DNA of 64,000 bases from Ramazzottius varieornatus (taxonomy: Eukaryota > Animalia > Tardigrada), in NCBI GenBank assembly GCA_001949185.1, contig BDGG01000001.1, positions 5,321,624 through 5,385,623 of the forward strand, written 5' to 3'. A program made the position numbers and the translations under genes. This document shows, in pieces, positions 22,021 through 35,935 of the stretch. The notes under the pieces are model-generated. The model did not search any database, had not been told where the DNA came from, and saw nothing but the letters and a program-made list of their open reading frames with translations. The stretch's first letter is position 1. Every line of letters starts with the position of its first letter.

Positions 22021-22929
22021 TTTTGCTGCGCTGAGGTCCAAAGGTCAGCACCAATGAGCTGTAACCCGCACCGCACCTTGCTACCCACACTTCTTTGCGT
22101 CATTGAAGCATCGCTAACTTAGCTACAAGAACTATAACTGACTAGTGTCCTAGCCATAGTGAATGGTTAACCATATCGAGAGAACTTGGGAAAACTTGAG
22201 TGGCAAACGGTACAAAAACGAGGACAAACCAACATCAAGACGGTTTTTACACTATTCGAGACCTTTCGGAGACAACCCTCACAGACAATTACCGTTTGCG
22301 ATACTTGTAGCTTGTCCGCTGGGCTTGCCAAATATTTTCCCAAACACCTATTTTAAAACACCCTTGCCAAAGGCATTTTGCCCTTCGCACAGGGGCAAAG
22401 GCCAGCAGAAAGGGTGACTACTGGTCAGCTTCCCTATATGCTGTTGAACCCTGTCGAGCAGGTTCTCTCGATGCAACTAGATTTTCTGAAATCTGATGCT
22501 TTAAAGTACCCTGTCGAACACATACGGATATTGGTGCCAACCGGCTGCGACAGGCGTCATCTGAACGACTAAATGCCTTTCAGGAGGTACTGCCCGACTA
22601 TATGATTGTCCTTGTCGGCTTTTAGCAGATGAACTCCATCATTTACAGGTTGTGCCAATCTCTTTTTCCAGACTGAAGTCCCTCCGTGGTTTACCCGAGC
22701 TGGAAGTTTCTGCTATAGACAGGTCATGAGCGTCTGACCCATCGACAGCGATCGACTCGTCCGTCGTTATCACTGTTATCAAAAACTATGGACATAAACA
22801 GAAAAAGTTTTGAAGTTTCCGTTCGAAAATTTCGAACTCTTTCCGGAGAGTAAACGACGGTGAAAATTTACCGTGTTGCCCTAAGATTCGTGTTACCGAC
22901 AGTAATTTATGCCCCGGAGAGAAATAGCT

Positions 22930-24780
22930 GAATTGCTATGCAAGCTCCACTAAACATCGGAATAGCGTCCCGTATGCGCTATGCAAAGTTCAGAGCTTGC
23001 ATAGCATAGTGGGTTCAATCGGTTCAAGCCCGCCTCCGTGGTCTATTCCGATTGGCTCGTTGCTGTGCTAAACCTGTGCTAAACACTCAAGTCAAATATC
23101 AACCTCTCTTTTGCAACAACAGCAACCATAGTGCTTAAGTCTGCCACAGCCGTGCCCAGCCACAGCCGCAGTCTGCATTTCCCAGCAAGTTTACTTCAGC
23201 CAGCAGACAGCTAGCCAACCTGTCCAACCTCGCCAGCACTAATTGATTCTCCTTAGCCGCCAAAAGCTTTCCTAGAGTGTTCCTGCTGCCGCTGCCGCCC
23301 CATCACATTTCTTCTAGCGTTTATAGCCGTCATAGTGCGCTTTCGCCGCTGCCGCCGCTCCTACATTATTCCAATTCGTGCAAGCATGCAGCTATATGGC
23401 AAGCTGAACTCAGCACCGTTTTTGACAAAACCTTTTCGTTCGACGGCATAGCATATGGGCTTGAGCTAACTGATTTCCTAATCTATATAATTGACGCTTC
23501 CGATGCCACGATTGAAAATGCCGCCCTGCAAAGCTCGCCTAATTACTTTTATTCAGTTATTGATACTGAATCCGCCTTTAGATGGGTCCCTGCTCCCCCA
23601 TCGCATACACAACTTCAGGGTTTCTACTGGCAGTCTAGTGAGGAAGCCAAAGCATTCGTGTTGCTATGTCGATGATTACCTCTTATTCGGTTTAACGATT
23701 ACCCATGCCATATTCAACCGTATACCATGTGCTATTGTTCGCATAATGCAACGCGCCGGATTTCAATACCTTTGCTTCTTAGATAGTTTCCTGGTTTATT
23801 GGAGAAAACCCTTCTCGGCTGCCGTCGCGCCCATTATTATTCGAGTAGCTGCTTATCCGCCTTGGCTTTGCTGTTAATTGGGCTAAAATAATCGGACGCA
23901 AGCAGAGGTGTAATTTCTTGGCCTTATTGATTCTGCGCTTTCTGAAATCGAATAGTCGCTCGATAAGCAGCAAAGGTCGTGAATCTAGGCAATGTCTGTA
24001 TACTGCTGACAAGCCTGACCAAACACGAGGTGCACATTCTAACTGGTCATTCGGCTTAGCTTTGCATGCTGAGCGACCTTTGACACGCTCATTTATCGAT
24101 GCGATTAATTCGCTTAAGCAGCCTTATTTTATAGTTACCTCACGCCTTTGCCTATCACAGAATTAAAATGGGGGAGTTTGCCGCAACTTCCAATGAAGTA
24201 TTCCATGCAGCCTGAGCAAGCATGGCCCAGTTATTATTATTCCGACCGACGCGTGGTTCTTAGGTTTCGATGCTGTTATGGGTAAAGACTGGATTGCCGG
24301 GCTTTGGCCGGATATGATGCCGTCTGCATATCTCGGTGTTGCTGCCTCCATGAATAACCTGCTTCTTGGCGCAGAGCTGGATTGCAGTTTTAACAAGTAA
24401 ACAATTTCCTTGATCTAGGCGCCTAAGTTGACTGGTGTTCTTGTGATTATGCACAGTGATAATAATTCGACCGTTTCCCTCCTGAAAAAGGGTACGACAA
24501 ACAGTATGGCTGCTGTCGCCTGGTTGGAAAAAGCCGTTTCACTCCAGCCTTGAGCACGAGTTTTGTGTACGTGCTTGCCACACCCGAGGTGTTACAAATG
24601 TCCTGCCTGATGGCCTGAGCCGCCTAGTTAATAAAGAGTCACATCGCTTCTCTTGGCGCATAATTTCGATAATTTTTCGCACTTTCGATAACTTTTCTAC
24701 AACAAGCGAAGAAACTTTTTCAGTTTGTATGCTTCTCAAAAGTAAAGGAAATGGCTGCTAACACCGCCTTCACCGCCTAA
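22930..24780 (+). mobile_element. Second, heavily degenerate DIRS/Ngaro-like retroelement (RT and RNase H relics; YR missing)
   Basis: Fragments YVDDYLLFG, AIFNRI..AIVRIM, YLCFLDSF, IIIPTDAW, HSDNNSTV..LKKG, HTRGVTNVLPDGLSRL in several frames. Confidence 0.7.
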
Positions 24781-26284
24781 AACTCTAAAGCCAGCGCCTT
24801 TGATAGATATTAATCTAATTGATTTCAAACCGCCTTACAGAATAATTTCCAACCTACAGTCACCGTCTCGAAAAATAGTTCTCACGACGAGCTGTTTATG
24901 TCGCAAACGGTTGATTTAAAATTTGAGTTTGCTTGATCAACGGAAATTAGTCGTGAGTGAGGCAAAATTGCGTTTTCCGAAAGTGTCGGAAACGGGAGCG
25001 GAAACGCCCGAGTTTTGCGGGGCAGGTTTGTAGGCAAACTTTGCCTCCTGACTAGGCTGAAGTTGATGGTTTTCTCTCTAGCTAGTCTCTGTCTTTCGGT
25101 ATCCCCGACACCGATAGGTATCAAGCAGCCCATACGTGAAATGGTATCTCGCAATGTGAAGCACTGTGCTGACAGAGATCAGCTGACAAATGTAGATTTG
25201 AAGTTTTGAGTCAAGTGTGCAGAGAATAATCCGTTATCGCTTTTAAGATAAGCTACTCGAGGGCTGCTTGTCTTGAAAGCCAACCTTTGTAGTCCACTTT
25301 CAAGATCAACACAATCAACGGAGTTTTACGGCCTGTCGTGAGGAGGACTTATATTTTGAAAGCTTTGAGAATTAGATACTGAGGTTGACGTCTGTTGTAC
25401 TAATTGGATGACTTTGTCTCACTAGCTAACTACACTGATTCTGTAATAAACTGAATGAAGCTGAGCTGTAGTATGTCTGAACACGAGGATGTTGTTGGAG
25501 AGCGAGAAGTTCATTCCATGTCCCCGTAGACGAGGAAGAAAAAGCCCTGACGATCTTACTAACTGAAAAGCCTACATAGTTATCACTGTGGACCAGTCTG
25601 TGGCCATTCGTTACCGTCTTGGTAGCATGCCTAACCGGCCAGTTCATGGCTGGAAAGGTTGATCTAATGTTTCTCTGTTGCTACGTTTTGGAATTATAAA
25701 ACCGATAATAAAAGGCAGTGACGATAGGTCTAAGGCGCTGTGGAATTGATTAGTTCAACTTCGGAAAAAGGCGGCGTCAAAAGCGTTTTACGCGGTTCGA
25801 GGCGGTGACAATAGCGATTGGGCGGTTTAGGCGGTGACATAGTCACACTCAATGGTAAAAACGAGCTCTCTACGATTTTTCTCAGCCACAACCAAAGCGA
25901 TTCGATGAGAAGAAAGCAGGAAAAATGAGGGAAGAGCAGCGCTCAGTTTTGACCAGGGTGTGTTCGTACTTTTTCTACAACAGAACCGGTTCCTAGTTTC
26001 TCAGGAACGAGTCCGTGTGTCGTACTGCACAACTTGAGCTACACTAAGGACGATAAACTATGGAAGAAACAAACGTTAATTTTCAAAAAAAAATTTTAAA
26101 ACTGAGGGGTGGTACGTCGCGCTTTTCTGTGTGCGCCACTTCATCGGGTGAAAAACCTCTCAGCTATCCCTCCTCAGCTGATCGATGAGAATTAGCGACG
26201 GTACTTTTCTTTAATATACCAAGGTATCGTTCAAGGTGTCAGAAAAATCGCTCTCTATAGGAGTGCAGGACACACTTTTTCGTA

Positions 26285-26640
26285 CGAGGTACAGGACATA
26301 ATTCGGGCATGGCGGTTTTCGAACCATAATTCGGGCATGTTTTTCCTCAGTTCCTATTGCACGTAATCACAAGTTTTTATTCCCTGAGGTACATCGGTCT
26401 GTTTTCTCAATGTCTGAACAAGTTTGGGAACGGGGTCAGAGCATTCTGGGTTGTGGGTCAGAGCAATCTGTCGTGGGAGACACATGGGTCTGTCCAATGT
26501 TAGAAAGCCTAAAGTTGTTTCAACAGACGCACGATGATGACGTACGTATCAATCAAGCATGGATTACGATACTTAAACTTTTCACGTTGCCCGAATTGTG
26601 ATGCGAAAATCGCTATGCCCGAATTATGTCCCGCACCTCG
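26285..26640. mobile_element. pogo/Tc1-type MITE
   Basis: TA|CGAGGTACAGGACATAATTCGGGCAT ... ATGCCCGAATTATGTCCCGCACCTCG|TA; ~50-bp imperfect TIRs with an internal CATAATTCGGGCA doublet. Confidence 0.85.
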
Positions 26641-28170
26641 TACCATCAATTGTGATTTTCGTCGCGGTGAATTTCTACCTGGCTATGTTCTCAGCTACGG
26701 TTTCTTGAAGTAAATCGAAACGCCTGCTTCCGGTGCGTCCTTTGGGCTGTTATCACCTGTTATTCGCATGGTTGTTACTCGTTTGAATGGGCCACAATGG
26801 GCCACTCCTTTCACCGCCAACTCCTCAACTCTGTGACATCTTCCTATCTCCATTAGTATCACGCGAGATAGAAGAGTGTCTGTTTTAGCCCGACGAACAA
26901 AAACTAAGCGATCTGGAGCAGAAAGAGCAGAGATACAGACCGCCCGAATTGTGGTGGGAAAATCGGTCCGGCCGAATTGTGGAGTTTACCTCGTACTGTA
27001 AATCACACTGTACGTCAAATCAGTATTGTGTGCACTCTTTCCGGCGAGGCCGGATACTCGCTACTCTCGCTTCTGCCTTGCATATCCGGTCACGCAGCAA
27101 GTTTGCAAGCATGGATGCGCATCGACACAAGCGATAAAACATGTCCTTTAGAATACCAAATCTTCCGTATCATGTTGTCGTTCAGTCGTTTCTTGATGAG
27201 TCTGCGGTGTACTATCACCAGCTAGCTCGAGTTTTTCTCTACAACCTCACGTCAAAAACACAAGATTCCAACTTCCGAGACATCGCGAAAAAGTGAGTTT
27301 CTACCTGACGGTACCCAGTTACTGTTTGCTTCTTACCTGACTTCTGTTCATATCCGCGGATTGTAATTCATAAATGCCCGGATCCTCGATTTCTTAGCCG
27401 TCAGCCGAAACGACGATCTTCCCACTGGATCCAAGCACGATCTCGGCAGGTCGTGGAAATAAAACGATCGACCAAAGTGCAGCTATATTATACTGTTCTT
27501 CACTCTACCAATATATCCGCTAACTTTTTGCGAGGACTAAATTGATGATTCCAAATCAGAGCAAAACCTCTGAAGCTGCCAACTTGCTGCGTGTTCGACG
27601 AATACTCCGAAACAGAAACAACTCATCTGTACATGCTCATTTTAGCTAACACGAACTCGCCAGAAGGATGCATGGAGTGAAAACGGTAGTGGCAGACTCG
27701 AATGTATTACGGCCTCGCGGTGAACAATGTGGTCATTCTGACAGAAGCTTAGTGTGGGACATCCGTATCTCACTTCTCTGTGTATGGTTACAGTATGCCC
27801 TGGAAGCTGTGACCTCGATGAAAGTGTGTTGGAAGGTTCAAGACATTCATTAACTGTACCTCGGCTCTATCTTTCGGTCCGAGAAAGTCAAAGGCTTTCG
27901 TTCAAATGAGCTCGAGGCCTGCTGTATCCATCTTAAAGCCTAGTGCTCGATACTCTGTTCCTGTGAGCCCTTCGCTTCATATAGTGCCGCACTGCACAAA
28001 AACCCGTCCAGGTCGCCCAAAATGCAGTGCATAAGAATTCTGTCGGTGAGACAGCCAATCCTGGAATACCAACTTGACTTCCTGCTGCTTCTAACACAAC
28101 TCTACATAGGGTGGGCGCCACCCGACCACGGTCGCGCATTCATGGTTGGGTCACGCCCATGGTTGCGCGG

Positions 28171-28209
28171 GTGTACTGTACGAGTAGTAGGCCTACTCGT
28201 ACAGTACAC
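28171..28209. repeat. Perfect 17-bp inverted repeat with 5-nt loop
   Basis: GTGTACTGTACGAGTAG-taggc-CTACTCGTACAGTACAC. Confidence 0.9.
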
Positions 28210-28639
28210 TGTACAGCAAAATTTTATGCCTCCGATACCGATTGCGATGGAATGCTCGTTTAATATTTACTGCCTTTTTTGCTCAGGTTTCAGATCGATT
28301 TGCCTTCTCCGAGTTCCAACTTCAGACATCCTTCTCGACTTCTGAAGCTGGATTACTTTGAACCAAGGTACAACGCTTGGAAGTTTGAAAGTTACGGGCA
28401 AGATGTGGCGAACGGTGGTGATATACGCTGTCAGCTTCGCTAGCTTAGCGATAGCTGTAGATCGCTCCAACTTCAAGACATGCAAAGACTTCAGATTTTG
28501 CAGGTAAGCTACCTTGGGAAAGGTCACGGACTGAGTCGCTGCTTTCTAATTTCGGTTCGTGCCAATCAGGAAAAATCGGGAGCTGAAAAGCGCCGACAAG
28601 GCTTTTTTACTCTTGGATTTTCAGCTTGCTTCCTGACGG

Positions 28640-31374
28640 AAACAATGACAAGGTGGAGGTGATCGAGTTGGTTCCACGAGTTTTTCTGACAACACAGATA
28701 AAGCCTACCTCGTTTCTTTTCCAGGATCAGTCTGCAGAGGACGCCGGTGTTGGAAGAGAGAAGTGGCATGATGAACTGTCTCACGACAGTTCACTAAAGT
28801 GGTTGGAAGACCGTTCTTGCCACCTTTCGCCATGCTGGGATATCATCAGTCTCGGTGGAACTACAACGACCAACAAGACGTTGCTTCTGTGCAGGTATGC
28901 GTACCGCAATAAGTATACCCTCTACAGGCTGCAGCGGAAGTCACTTCACGTCACGCGAAAATCGAACGATAACCCTAAAACGATTTCGTCCTAGATGATT
29001 AAGAGACTTGCAACCAAAAGGTCTGAAACCATTTAGGAGCACGAATACTGTAACTGTAAGACTGTAGTATGCAGATCTCACCCGATAAGGTCTTCCGTTT
29101 TCAGTGGGTGAATTTTGATTGTTGAAGAGTGCAGGTGCGACTCAACTCTTCTCTACGTGTGTTCACGGTTTTTATAGGATATTTTCGACCAGCACAACAT
29201 TCCCCTGGACACCATCTGGTTGGACATTGAATATGCGGACGATAAGCGCTACTTCACGTGGGACAAGACCCGTTTCCCCCACCCGAAAGCAATGCTTGCC
29301 AACCTGACTTCCAAAGGACGCAACATGATCATCATTTCGGACACGCTTATCAAGAAAGACGACAACTACTTCGTGTATGCCCACATGAAGAAGGGGGGTA
29401 CTTTATCAAGACCAGGGAAGGGATGGACTACGAAGGCTGGTGCTGGCCGGGTGCGGCGTACTATCCGAACTTCCTCAACCCGCAAGCGCAGGAGTACTAC
29501 GCGAGCTTATACAGTCTGGACACGTTCAACGTAGCTTGGACGTGGAATGATATGGACGAACCGTCGTTATTCAACGGACCGGAGATTACGATGTCGAAGG
29601 ATAGTCTACATTATGGGAGATGGGAGCATCGGGAAGTGCACAACATGTACGGAATGGCTCATGTATGAAACTTTCCTCCGCTATATTTGACCTTTTGCTT
29701 TCGATGAGTTGTATGTTGTGCATTCTAGCTGCAATGCATGTTTAGTGGACATCTGAAGCGATCGAACGGGCAATTGCGACCATTCATCTTGGCCAGAGCT
29801 TTCTCCGCCGGAAGTCAACGCTTTGGTATATGGCCGGAATAATCGACCCTCGACTGGCGTTCTACCTGGATAAGACAAATCTGTTCTCATGGTGTGTTTT
29901 TTCTTATTTTAGCCGCTGCATGGACTGGAGACAACATGGCGAACTGGGGCCACTTACAAGCTAGCAGCCCGGTGGTCCTTTTGCTAGGTGTGGCCGGTAT
30001 CACGTTTACCGCGGCCGATGTTGGTGGCTTCTTCAAGAACCCGGATGTTCAGCTACTGATTCGATGGTACCAGGTGCGCCAGTTGGACTTTCATCTCCGT
30101 CATTTTCACTGAGGGAAGTTCTGGCTTTCCAGCGAGTGGCGATTCGTTGCAGGCTGCTGCATTCCAGCCGTTCCTTCGCTCTCACGCCCACATTGAAACC
30201 AAGCGGCGTGAGCCTTACCCTCTACGACGAAAGACACATGTCGACAATGCGAGATGCCCTAAGGCTTCGGTATACCTTCCTTCCATTCTGGTACACGCTG
30301 GAGTGCCGATGATGCGACCACTGTGGTACGCGTTCCCCAAGGACCGGAACACTTTTTCCACAGACGACGCTTTCCGGTTAGGTTAGGAAGTCTGCTTCCA
30401 TAATCCCTTTTGTCATATAATGATAATGATAATACGACAACCATCATTGTGGTATCCCACAGGAGATGCATTGCTCGTCAAGCCGGCCACTCAAAAAGAT
30501 GCCACTTCTGTCGACGTGTACTTCCCAGGTGGCGCCACCACAGTAAGTTCTATTCTACCCCTTTGGTGCCGATTTCTACGTAGCTTCCTGTCATTGTGTG
30601 CTCGACATCCATGGTAATCTTGTCTTACTTTTGACACTGGGTTTTGCGTAGAGATGGTATGATGTGGCGACCTTGAGGTGTTATGATGGAGGACGAACGC
30701 TCCGCTCAACAAGGTAACGTGGAGCAACATTAAAAGCCTTCATTAGTTCAGATATTTGGGCGCTGGCAGGAACAAAGGTTTACCTTGAGGTGAACTTGGG
30801 GTAAACTGTTTCAGATTCCAGTGTTTCAAGGAAGCAGAACGATTGTGCCTCGTCGGTTGCGCGTGAGACGAAGCGCGTTCTTGTCCTTCGAAGAACCGTT
30901 AACGCTGGAGATTGCGCTAGACGCCAGAGTATGTTCCGTCTTTTTCCATAGCGGACACATTGCCACATTGTCTTCGTTTTACAGGGAACTGCCAATGGCA
31001 CGATGTACCTCGATGATGGTATTACGCGGGACCATCTGAAGGGAGAATATCTCTACATCCGTCTCGATATGCAGAACAACGTCGTCCGATCTCGGTAACC
31101 AGTACCAGAATATCACCTCATCACTTTCTAATAGTATTTTTTTTCTCTTTCCAGACTGCTACATTCCGCATCAACCTACACGACGAGGGTGTGGCTGGAG
31201 CGTGTTCAGGTCGTTGGCTTCCGGTCAAAGCCTAGCAGTGCAACAGTGAAGGACGTGACTTCCGGTGGGGTTACTTCGCTGGAGTTCTCTTATAATTCCA
31301 AGCTTCAGTTGCTCACACTTCGAAAAACCGGCGTGAGTATGGCATCTGAGTGGGAAATCACGATCAGCCCATGA
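28640..31374 (+). pseudogene. GANAB: Neutral alpha-glucosidase AB (glucosidase II alpha, GH31), intron-containing and disrupted
   Basis: [86 protein letters not shown]; frameshifts near 29395, 30220 and 30300; N-terminal exons mostly missing. Confidence 0.85.
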
Positions 31375-32421
31375 ACGTTTTGCTTGTATATACGAGGGAT
31401 ATTTATATTTCCCGCAACTTTTCCGGTGGTTTTTCCCCCTGGTTGATATACGTTGTTGCCTATGGCGCACTCAGACGCGGCTTAACTTTGTTTGTTGTCG
31501 GACATAAAATTTGTTGTCAGCGCGAACTTGACCGCTAGAGATCACGTAATGGTTGCATGCTGGTCGAGAATGCTGAATGTATCTTGTTTGTTTACGATCG
31601 ACGGTGTGTTAGGTATTTAGTACAAGTCGTTGATCCACTTCAGCAGGAAATTTTAATGTCTCTTTCGTTCGCGGAGTCTGGTCGTTCGTTACAACGATAT
31701 CGCGACCCAGACTACGGGGGTCTGGTGAGCTTTTACCGAATGGTCAAAACGACGTCGAGCCCGAGACCCGAGGGACAGATTAGATACGGATCATGGTGAT
31801 GATGAACGCGGATGCGCGGGATGGAACTTTGACACCATCGTGATGCTTATGCTTTTTCTGTACGTGTAACCGTCCGTTTATCTTTCCACACGGAAGTTTT
31901 CTTGTGTTCAGCCAGAATTGTTTCTCTCCTGATTCAATTACTTGGATCTTTGAACGTCCACGGGTTGATGGAGTCTTTGCGGACTTCGAGGAGCCAAACA
32001 ACAGGCGGTGCGCAAGTTGATCAAGGTAGGCTGATGTGGTCGATGACGTATACCATTCGGAGGGCGTGTGCGTTATATAACAGGCTGCTCGCCATACACG
32101 CTGTACGAGTCTGGCATGGTCTGCGTTAAGCTATTGCTTTTCAAGGCTGTCTGCTTGTTCACGCGGGACGTCAATGGCACTTATGGTGGGTTGAAGTGGT
32201 TACATGGCAGCACAGGAATGCGCGTATAGTCCAATCAACACCTTCAGCCTAATCAAGCATTACTTCTGATTGTAACTCCAACTATTACCACGGTTTATCT
32301 GACAGCTCATTTGCAGTTGATTCCAGTCTGTCTTTAGAGTTAGAAGCTTCCTTTGCTTTCTTAGGTTAGATAACATTATCGCTGATATTTCTACGTGCAT
32401 GCCTGTTTTTTGTTATTCCAG

Positions 32422-35400
32422 ATGACTGATGTGGTACTGAGTACGTTTATCCGCGAGACAGGCGTGGAGCCAGCCGTTGCACAGGACATTTTGGACAGCC
32501 ACGAATGGGATCTGCATGCGGCATTACGCGCTTATTCGGACCTGCGCCATACTATGCCTCCTCCTTCTTCCATCCTTGCCGCGAAACCATTACTAAGGAA
32601 AGACGAAGCTGTGGACGTTGCTGATGTGACAGTGAATGCTCCGGGCGACAGGAAATGGGCAAGGGGAATATCTCGCGCTTCAGAGAATCTGCCGCTGGTT
32701 ACACGGGCACGCACCGAAGCAGCCAAAGGGTTCACCCTGGATGATCCCAACTGCATCCCCTGCCACACCTTTACTCTTCCCGACCTAACGGTCATTCATC
32801 CTGATGATTTTAAGGCTTTTGTCGAGAACGACTTGATCGAAACGGCTACTTTGATCTCGCTGGAACAAGCAGGTGAATTTTTACAGCGGATTTCCATAAT
32901 GTTGGTTTTGTTCTGATTTTGATTGATGCATTGCGTTAGTTAGCTTCACATGTGGTTGCAAGTTGCAACTAATTAAGGCTGAATGCGGTGCTACTGTACC
33001 TTCTAACGATTGACTGTTCAAATTTTGAAATGTATTTTGACTGACTTGATTGGTGATTTGCTCACTATGCCAGGTCCAGTGGCGCATTTTGTGCGGTGTT
33101 TGGCTGGATAAATGCGTCACCTTGTCTGGGCAAGGGATGTGAATCGTTGCCGTGACGGTGGGATGTTTTCTTTTTGCAGGAAGATTGAACTGGTGGGCAG
33201 AAAACAAGCCATGTCAGCGGCTTTTACCTCTAGCGACGACCGGTGATGGCAACTGTTTGCTGCATGCAGCGTCGCTGGGAATATGGGGATATCATGATCG
33301 TCTTTTGACGTTACGCAAATCCCTCAATTACATTCTCAGCAAAAGCGAGTACGAAGCCAGCATTTATCGACGGTGGAGGTGGCACCAAACGATGATCAAC
33401 AAACAAGTATGAAAGCTGCTTTTTATTGCTGGCTTATCTTCACTGTCCGGATTATACAATATTTTCCTTCTTTCAGAGCGGGTTAATTTATACGGAATCT
33501 GAATGGGAGAAAGAATGGTTCGCAGTATTGAAGCTGTCTTCCGCGGAACCTAGAGTAACCAGAAGCCATTACGTGTGCTGCGAAAACTCACCAAACAAAC
33601 CGTAAGAAAAAACAGTCATCAAACGAAGCTTTTGCCCGAATTCAATCCGGAAGTTAGTTTGCCGTCGAGTTTGTTTTTAAATCACGCGTCGTCGTCGTTC
33701 TCGTAGCGTTCTTTCGGTGGTAGCGGAGCAGCCAGCACCGACTGACTCCGACAATACGCAGTATGAGAGTCTGGAAGAGATTCACGTGTTTGCCTTAGCT
33801 TACGCGATCAGAAGGCCCATCATCGTCACCGCCGATGTCTACCTCCGCGACAGCGCCGGAGATCCCCTTGCACCGATACCGTTTGGTGGCATCTACCTCC
33901 CCTTGGGCCGCGATCCAAAGACCTGTCTACGGTAATAACAAGTTTTGTTAAATCGCGAAGTAACGATATTAGGTTTTCTGACGAAATGCCGATCAGCCTT
34001 GGCACAGTGGCGCGGTTTGCGCTGTGTTTGTGTGGTCAAGTGCGTTACTCAGTTGGGCTACTAAGAAATCGTTCATTTGTTTTTGTTTGTTTTCTTTGCT
34101 TAGGTCGCCGCTGATTCTGGCATACGACGCAGCGCACTTCTCCGCACTGGTTCCCATGAAGAAAGACACGAACGACGGTGAAGACCAACTTCCCGCCGTG
34201 ATTCCCGTTACGGATGCCGAAGGTAAAGTTCTACCCATCCTGTTCCTAGTCGATCCCGGTGAGAGCTTCGACTGGGAGAACGAATCGAAAGACGAAACGG
34301 TCATTGCCAAACTCAACAACACATCCGACGAAGCCAAGCTGCACATCCTTCGCATGTACCTCGACCTCGTCAAAGTCACCCTCATCAGTGCCAACAAGAC
34401 TCCCTCAGTCGACGACCGGCGTTCCACAGCGGATTCCAACGAGTCCGAATCGTCTTCCGGAAGCCAGCGGGAGAAGCTGCTGAGCCAGAAGAGTGGATTA
34501 TCCAAAGGGATCAAGAGTTTCCGGCAGAAACTGAAGAGAGGTATATCGAAGCTGACGAGAAGGACAAGTGAAGATAAGGACGTGGCGTTAGCCATGAGGG
34601 GAGATGGAAGTACGGGGGTTGTGTCGGAGAAGAACGTTCTGAACGCAGATAAGAAGGTTGAAAGGGAATCCGTGGGCGATAAGACCGGAATGGTGCAGGA
34701 GAACGCGGCGTTCAAATGGAAGGTCGAGGAAGTGGAAAACGTCTCGAAGTGCGCGGAATACCTCAAAAACCCCTCGGTCGTTTTCGGTAAGAATATTCGA
34801 GAAACCTTCTAGAAGTCGCAAATCTTCGAGCAAAAAACAGTTTTCAACAGTGGGAGCTCGGCAACCACTTGACAAGATTGTTTTTGCCTAAGTGACGCAC
34901 GTTTTAAGTGTTATTGTTCGAAGGTGTGCGCCACCTAGACAAACAATCCTGTCTACCTTGTTTATTGAACTTAAGAATGTTCCGAAAATGCACTAGAGAT
35001 AATCTGCAATATTCGGAAAATTATCTAGGGATATTCCAAAAGGCTGTACAAGCAGATCAGAAATATTTCAAATATATGTTGTGTTTTTAGGTGCGCCTCT
35101 TTCGTTGGAAGACGAGACTTCCTTCCACGAGCAGATGATCAGCAATTACCTGACCACCGCTCGGGCTCGTTACGACGCTCACTTGAAAGACAAAGAACGT
35201 CACGGCAACCTCAAGCTCGAGAACGGGAAGATCCGTTGCGCCAACTTCGGCTGTGAGCAGCATGGGTCCGTGGTCACCAACTACCTCTGTCCAGCCTGCT
35301 TCTCCAAACAGAAATCCCAGATGGAGGAGATGAAAGCGCAAAGACAGACTACCACCATCGGCAATTCGACCTTCTACGCCAACCGGGCATTGACGGAGAA

Positions 35401-35668
35401 CGAGCCTGTCCTCCTGACCAACACGGACTTCCTGCCGAATGAGTCTTCCACGATGAACGAGGTGGACCAACCGACGACTGCAGAGGAAGTGGTAGTTAGA
35501 CCGTGTGTGACGCCTGACTGCCCGTTCTTTGGACAGAAAAAGACGAATTACCTTTGTTCCAGTTGTTATAAACTATATCCTAACGAGAATTTGAAACAGG
35601 GCAGCCTCGGTGGGGCACCTAGACAAACTCCAACGGTTTTTACTTCTCAGGGAGACATCGTCAGATAA
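32422..35668 (+). CDS. OTUD7B: OTU domain deubiquitinase, OTUD7A/B (Cezanne)-like, multi-exon
   Basis: UBA-like start ([25 protein letters not shown]), [24 protein letters not shown] (Cys), [28 protein letters not shown] (His), two C-terminal A20-type Cx4C...Cx2C fingers; GT-AG introns. Confidence 0.93.
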
Positions 35669-35935
35669 CATTGGATTGTCGTCTAAGTTCTTCTCGTTTA
35701 CTATACTTTTGACATGATTGATTTCTACTGTTTAGATTACTGCCCGATAGAAAAATTCCAGCATAAAGAACTGACTGATTGCCGAAGAGCAGGGGAAGCG
35801 CGTGAAAGGCTCGCTCTTTCCACGAAAAAAACAATTGAAAGAAGAAGTAGTAACCAGGAAAATCAGTTTGATAGTCCAAAAAGGAAAAACTGTCACTCAT
35901 CACTAAAAACTCCGGAAAAAATTCACCTGTTCAGA

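Noticed and set aside
24760-25840. CACCGCC/GGCGGTG inverted motifs as another MITE
   Set aside because: Short scattered matches, with no clear termini or TSD.
33993-34766. 257-aa minus-strand ORF
   Set aside because: Antisense shadow of the large OTUD7 exon; no motifs.
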